This document shows, piece by piece, positions 21,932 through 25,992 of a stretch of DNA of 25,992 bases. The DNA is from a virus. Its lineage: Duplodnaviria > Caudoviricetes. Made by a program: the position numbers and the translations under genes. The stretch spans positions 1-25,992 of the IMG/VR virus record IMGVR_UViG_3300027213_000010. The stretch is one strand, 5' to 3'. Positions within the stretch are counted from its first letter, which is position 1, and every line of letters begins with the position of its first letter. Under the pieces are notes generated by a model. It was not told where the DNA came from. It was given only the letters and a program-made list of their open reading frames with translations, and made no database searches.

Positions 21932-22365
21932 GATTCCCTGCCGATGCGTGCTGCTGCAATTCTGACGCGGCCCTGGACATCTTTGGCGGCGCCTTGCACC
22001 CAGCCCCCAGGCGCTTGCTTGCTAGTGCCCCTGGCTAGCGGCTCCGCATATGGCAGGTTGTTGTGGACTGAGTAGACGTTGCCGATGCGCTCTTGCTGGT
22101 AGTTCATCTTGCGCAGCGGAAACATCGGTCCGGCAGGTGGGCTGGTCTTGTCGCGGCCAGGATTACTTGGTGATTGCTGCGGGCCTGCATCGTATGACCC
22201 GGCTGCATTCTCACCCACCTGCCAGCTAGCGCGAAACCTACCTGTGTCAACTGGGCTGGCTTGCTTGAGCAGACTGTCAGTTTCCAGCACCGCAGCGCGC
22301 AGCAGCTTTTCCATCTGCTGGTTGCAGTAGTCGCCAATATCACCAACGCGGATAGTGCGTGCCAT
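21928..22365 (-). CDS. HK97 gp10-like neck/tail completion protein
   Basis: SPVDTGRFRASWQV...NNLPYAEPLARGTSKQAPGGWV. Confidence 0.85.
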   Translation of the reverse strand: MARTIRVGDIGDYCNQQMEKLLRAAVLETDSLLKQASPVDTGRFRASWQVGENAAGSYDAGPQQSPSNPGRDKTSPPAGPMFPLRKMNYQQERIGNVYSVHNNLPYAEPLARGTSKQAPGGWVQGAAKDVQGRVRIAAARIGRES

Positions 22366-22721
22366 TAGTCCCTCAGGATTAGCTCGTAGGTAATGGGTTC
22401 ATTATCTTGCTCGATAGTGCGCACCTCAATTACCTGTAATGTGCGACCACTAATGATGACACGATCAGCCATCGTAGGCACCGCAGCAGTATCTGCTGCT
22501 GCAACAATCAACCGCTTATCGCCAGCTTGAATCAGGTCGTTGACTTCACGCAGGTTTACATCTTCCAGCACACCGCGCAGCTCAGTGTCGCTGGTGGTTT
22601 CAGCAGCAGTGCCGGTGGTGGTGTTGTAGGCCCCAAGCGTGACACGGCGGATGGTGGCCTCACCGCCAAATCGTGCCATCAGCTTGGATGCAACCTTGCG
22701 TAGCGGAATAGCAAGCGTCAT
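22365..22721 (-). CDS. Head closure / head-tail joining protein
   Basis: GAYNTTTG...LIQAGDKRL...PTMADRVII...YELILR; synteny. Confidence 0.75.
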   Translation of the reverse strand: MTLAIPLRKVASKLMARFGGEATIRRVTLGAYNTTTGTAAETTSDTELRGVLEDVNLREVNDLIQAGDKRLIVAAADTAAVPTMADRVIISGRTLQVIEVRTIEQDNEPITYELILRD

Positions 22722-23044
22722 GACGCAAACACCCGCACTGGCTGCTCAGGACTGACCACATACTCCTCCCACCCATCCGGCAGCTCACCGACGTAGTTGA
22801 TGTGCCAGCCGTCCAGCAACGTGGGCGGGGTGATCACTTCACCCTCGTCGTCGTATTCACCACCGATGGAGATGAGGCCCACCACATCCAGCGCATGGGT
22901 GTGGCTGGCAGTGAGGGGGTCGCCGTCTTCGGTGAGCAGGCCAGCAGCATCCAGGGCAGCCATGCCGGTAACTTCATCGGGGAATCTAAAAAATGGCCCG
23001 TTGGAAGGCAGGGGTGTGAGCAGTTCTTCAATCATGGGAGGCAT
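22718..23044 (-). CDS. Acidic hypothetical protein that follows head fibre genes (putative fibre chaperone)
   Basis: FFRFPDE...THALDVVGLI...LDGWHINY...PEQPVRVFA. Confidence 0.65.
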   Translation of the reverse strand: MPPMIEELLTPLPSNGPFFRFPDEVTGMAALDAAGLLTEDGDPLTASHTHALDVVGLISIGGEYDDEGEVITPPTLLDGWHINYVGELPDGWEEYVVSPEQPVRVFAS

Positions 23045-23071
23045 GGGTAGTGTTGCCGTCTAATGGGTTTG

Positions 23072-24313
23072 TCATTGCGTCAGTGCCTGCAAGCGAGATG
23101 GCAGGGCCTGAGGCCAGAAGGTGAGGCGGCGTGTACGGCCGTTGTATTGGTTACCAGTACCTGAGATTGCTTTATTGCCCATGATTTCCATTTGGTTTTC
23201 GGTGCCAAAAACATAGGCAGGTGATGAGACTAAAGGTGTGCTTCCGTTGAATGAAGCAGCAATATCTGTTCCAAAAGCTCCGGCAATTCGTATATTACTA
23301 GTCACTGTAACGTAGGGAGACGAAGAGTTTACGCTACTAATATTAGTATTGTTGCGGGTCGAGAAGTAAGCGTCATCTGTAGTTGTTCTCGCATCCAAGC
23401 CAACGCCAATGCCCCGAAGGTTGGTACCTTCTGTAACCCTAAATGGATTTTGATTGGAATACTGGGTATCGTAAGTAGACCCTGACCAGAAAAACGTCCC
23501 CTCATCCTGCCGATACCAGGAGCTAAAGTTCGTCCCGGTAATGCTGGCCACATCTGCGGCGCGGGTGACGGTTGCGGTGGTGGTGGGGATGTAGCTGGTG
23601 GGGAAGGCCCCGACTTCTAGTTGGGCGCCCCAAATAAAGACATCTATGGCAGCATTTAATGAATTTCTAATAATTCCACAAGTTCTAAGTCCAGTGTTGG
23701 CTGATGTAGCAGTAAAAGTAAAACGTTGCCAATCAGAAGTTGCAGTAAAGTTAGAAGATGGTTGCGTTCCGTCTATGATTAGCCTAAAACCATTATTGCC
23801 GAGCCCGGCACTTTTCACATAAAAACTAATTGTGTATACGGTCCCAGACGTAAGCGTGACTGACTGTCTTACACCGCTTGTGCTGGTTCCTGAGTAGGTA
23901 TCTGCAGTAATAGTGCCATCTGGAGCCGTAGTAGTATTGGTTGTGATACTTGCGTTATCTTTAGTCCAACCTGCATTATCAAACTCCTCACTCCGCACCA
24001 GCAAGTTCGTCCTCTGCTCCTCCACCAGCAGCCCCAAGCTTTCGCCGGTCGTGGGGTTGTGATCGAAGCGTGGTTCGTTGGTGGTTGCCGTCTTGATCAA
24101 CCCAGCACTATCCGTAAACGTGCCGGAGCTAGCGCGGGTGAACGTGACCAGCGATGCGCCAGTTACTGCATCAACCAGGCTCTTGTTGTCAGCAAAACGC
24201 AGGTCAAGTGATGGCACTGCGCGGGCAGCAGTCCACAGAGAGTTTTGTACCCATGGGCCGGCCAATGCACCACCAGGCGCTACTGCTACCCGGAACGCTG
24301 CAGAGCCTCGCAT
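23072..24313 (-). CDS. Head spike/neck fibre protein with carbohydrate-binding-like and concanavalin/LamG-like domains
   Basis: PSLDLRFA...TFTRASSGT...EPRFDHNPTTGESLGLLVEEQRTNLL.RSEEF...YTISFYVK...WQRFTFT...WGAQLEVGAFPTSYIPTT.ATVTRAAD. Confidence 0.8.
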   Translation of the reverse strand: MRGSAAFRVAVAPGGALAGPWVQNSLWTAARAVPSLDLRFADNKSLVDAVTGASLVTFTRASSGTFTDSAGLIKTATTNEPRFDHNPTTGESLGLLVEEQRTNLLVRSEEFDNAGWTKDNASITTNTTTAPDGTITADTYSGTSTSGVRQSVTLTSGTVYTISFYVKSAGLGNNGFRLIIDGTQPSSNFTATSDWQRFTFTATSANTGLRTCGIIRNSLNAAIDVFIWGAQLEVGAFPTSYIPTTTATVTRAADVASITGTNFSSWYRQDEGTFFWSGSTYDTQYSNQNPFRVTEGTNLRGIGVGLDARTTTDDAYFSTRNNTNISSVNSSSPYVTVTSNIRIAGAFGTDIAASFNGSTPLVSSPAYVFGTENQMEIMGNKAISGTGNQYNGRTRRLTFWPQALPSRLQALTQ

Positions 24314-24876
24314 CAGAGCCCAGCCTCCAGCAGATTCATGCGAATGCTTACCGTGCTGGCACTAACTGGGGTGTAGGCACCACGGGTTTCAAGCTCAGCG
24401 AAGAGCGTGGTACTGGCGGCACCTAGCTTGACCAGCCGACCGGGATAGTCGACTTGGGTGTAAAGGCTGCTGCCTAGGTCTTGAGGTGTTGGCAGGTCGA
24501 TGAAGCCCATGTAGGTGTCACGCTCGCCGCTCACTAGGTCGAAGGCTGCGTTATCAGCGATGGCGGTAGGCGAGGCGCTGTACAGGTGCAAACGAAACGC
24601 ACCCATACCAGATGGCACTGTGCTGTCGCTGAACACCAGCGAGATGCTCTGGATGATGACAAAGCCAGCAGTGGGACCAGCAGCGGTCAGGCTGATAATT
24701 GCGCTGCCACCCGTGTCCCCAACTACGTCGCCTGCGGTGTAGGCGGTGGTGTTAGAGGGGCGGGTGATGCTGGCGGTAGTGCGGTATGCGCCACCTGCTA
24801 CAAGACTTGCATAGCTGCCATCAGACCTACGCTGTAGGCCGATGTCACCGCCGGCAGGAGAGATAAGATCAGGCAT
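24313..24876 (-). CDS. Virion structural protein (hypothetical)
   Basis: ITRPSNTTAYTAGDVVG...FRLHLY...AIADNAAF; beta-rich; lies in the head-neck block. Confidence 0.65.
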   Translation of the reverse strand: MPDLISPAGGDIGLQRRSDGSYASLVAGGAYRTTASITRPSNTTAYTAGDVVGDTGGSAIISLTAAGPTAGFVIIQSISLVFSDSTVPSGMGAFRLHLYSASPTAIADNAAFDLVSGERDTYMGFIDLPTPQDLGSSLYTQVDYPGRLVKLGAASTTLFAELETRGAYTPVSASTVSIRMNLLEAGL

Positions 24877-24878
24877 GA

Positions 24879-25442
24879 TTAGCTCCGGCGGATTGCAAAG
24901 TTACCTGGTCCACTTATTCTAAGGCCTGTCAGGTAGCGCTCCATTAGCGGTGGCACCTTGTCAGCGCCAACTGCGCCATAGCCAACGTTAGGCGTTACGT
25001 CAAGGCTGCCGATCTTGACATTCTTGTAATCCTCCAATCCGCTAAGCCCTAGCGCATCAGTGTTGTTGTGCAGGAACACTGCCAGCACGGTCTGCGCATA
25101 CTTGATTTGCGTTGGGACTTCGGTGTCGGTAAAATAGTCAGTTGTGATCCTGAACGGAAACCCAACCGCATAGGTATTGATGTAGGTGTCAGGCTTGCGC
25201 ACGCCAGTACGCGGCCACTGCAATGATTGCGTATCAGTAGCCCTTGCGCCTAAGAACCGCTCGCGGTCTAATCGTTGCGTTGCCGTAAACAATGCACGGT
25301 TGCGGCTGTCGGTGTTGCCGGTGTTCCAATGCTGTACATCATCATCCTCGACAAAGCCATCAACTATCGCTTGCGCATCCGCTAGCGTCAGGTACGAGTT
25401 TGCGTTTGCGGCCCCTACTGTGGCCACGATCACTACTGCCAT
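24879..25442 (-). CDS. Head-tail adaptor (family often annotated 'DnaT-like ssDNA-binding')
   Basis: ANANSYLTLADA...ALFTATQRLD...QSLQWPR...VPTQIKYAQ...VKIGSLDV. Confidence 0.82.
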   Translation of the reverse strand: MAVVIVATVGAANANSYLTLADAQAIVDGFVEDDDVQHWNTGNTDSRNRALFTATQRLDRERFLGARATDTQSLQWPRTGVRKPDTYINTYAVGFPFRITTDYFTDTEVPTQIKYAQTVLAVFLHNNTDALGLSGLEDYKNVKIGSLDVTPNVGYGAVGADKVPPLMERYLTGLRISGPGNFAIRRS

Positions 25443-25548
25443 TGTCCGGCTCCGTTGGTATTAGTTTAGGCTCTGCAATAGAAAGAGAGGCCGCCTCCGC
25501 AGAAGCAGCCTCCCGATCACGCAGTCGCCGGAAGGCGAACAGTCCCAT
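25360..25548 (-). CDS. Small hypothetical protein
   Basis: MGLFAFRRLRDREAA...; TAATG-coupled to the upstream gene; its 3' end overlaps the next gene by 83 nt. Confidence 0.55.
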   Translation of the reverse strand: MGLFAFRRLRDREAASAEAASLSIAEPKLIPTEPDNGSSDRGHSRGRKRKLVPDASGCASDS

Positions 25549-25919
25549 TAGCTAGCAGCGCCCTTGATGACTACAAAGCTAAGCACAATTGCTTGGCTTA
25601 GCGAGCCACCAGATACGTTGCGCACTGTGACTGCAAACGATCCCGCCGCGACCGCATTGGCCAAAACGGAATACGCGCCAGCAGTGCCGGCTGACGCATG
25701 GTTAACGATCACAACATCGGTTGCAGCTATAGAGCTGTTTGTGACGGTGAAAGAAACGTTTGTAGCATCAGCCAAAGCAGCAGCGTTCATGGTGATTGAT
25801 CCTGAAGGGAAGTTCAGGGTTACACCAGTGCTTTTGCTAGTTGCTTGGGTGACAGCGCCACCAAGCCCAACTGGGTAGCCGATCGCATTGCCGGCTACGG
25901 TTTCAAAGATAGAAGCCAT
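25548..25919 (-). CDS. Capsid decoration / head fibre-like protein
   Basis: GAVTQATSKSTGVTLN...GSITMNAAALA...SFTVTNS..AATDVV; directly after the capsid gene; GAGGT SD upstream. Confidence 0.65.
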   Translation of the reverse strand: MASIFETVAGNAIGYPVGLGGAVTQATSKSTGVTLNFPSGSITMNAAALADATNVSFTVTNSSIAATDVVIVNHASAGTAGAYSVLANAVAAGSFAVTVRNVSGGSLSQAIVLSFVVIKGAAS

Positions 25920-25930
25920 GATTAGTTACC

Positions 25931-25990
25931 TCAATCGAAGTTAGAGGTGTTTGTAGCCCGCACGATCCCAAGGTTCTTGAGTTCGTACAC
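25931..25990 (-). CDS. Major capsid protein, C-terminal 19 aa (truncated by window)
   Basis: VYELKNLGIVRATNTSNFD* resembles the 'W.KVYE.KNI.IV' end of coat proteins; position upstream of decoration and adaptor genes. Confidence 0.65.
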   Translation of the reverse strand: MYELKNLGIVRATNTSNFD

Positions 25991-25992
25991 CT

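Noticed and set aside
1-25992. CRISPR array, tRNA, IS element, integrase/att site
   Set aside because: No regularly spaced direct repeats, cloverleaf, transposase or site-specific recombinase seen; the excisionase-like HTH alone does not establish a temperate lifestyle
1-25992. Frequent GGCGCC and apparent lack of HIP1 (GCGATCGC)
   Set aside because: GGCGCC is explained by Gly-Ala codons at this GC content; HIP1 absence is normal for picocyanobacteria and their phages and was not rigorously counted

Overview
The window is a contiguous ~26 kb piece of a tailed dsDNA phage or prophage, most likely a siphovirus of picocyanobacteria (Synechococcus/Cyanobium type). That host call is an inference from the cyanobacterial-type sigma factor and from small ORF families I recognise from cyanophages. 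The + strand arm (1-6026) is early/middle. It holds a partial putative DNA methyltransferase, a VRR-NUC nuclease, a sigma70-type promoter, small membrane and HTH ORFs, an Exo(RecE-like)/Bet/HTH/SSB recombination module, variable small ORFs and a phage-encoded RpoD-like sigma factor. The - strand arm (5974-25992) is late. It holds the end of the major capsid gene, head decoration and fibre genes, head-tail connectors, major tail protein, the tail chaperone G/GT pair, tape measure, tail tip genes, a long tail fibre with an S74 chaperone, and a lysis cassette whose endolysin has two catalytic domains. The most coherent candidate for an undescribed system is regulatory. The sigma factor keeps its -10-reading region 2, but its -35-reading helix is altered. 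A TAnnnT box without a visible -35 sits 20-27 nt upstream of six late genes. The same box lies antisense inside the sigma gene, ahead of a small divergent ORF whose start codon overlaps the sigma start codon. Other notable points are a G/T chaperone junction that needs a +1 or -2 shift instead of -1, three tail-tube paralogues, and a P1-Lyz-like cysteine pair in the endolysin. All calls come from reading motifs by eye; no searches were run.
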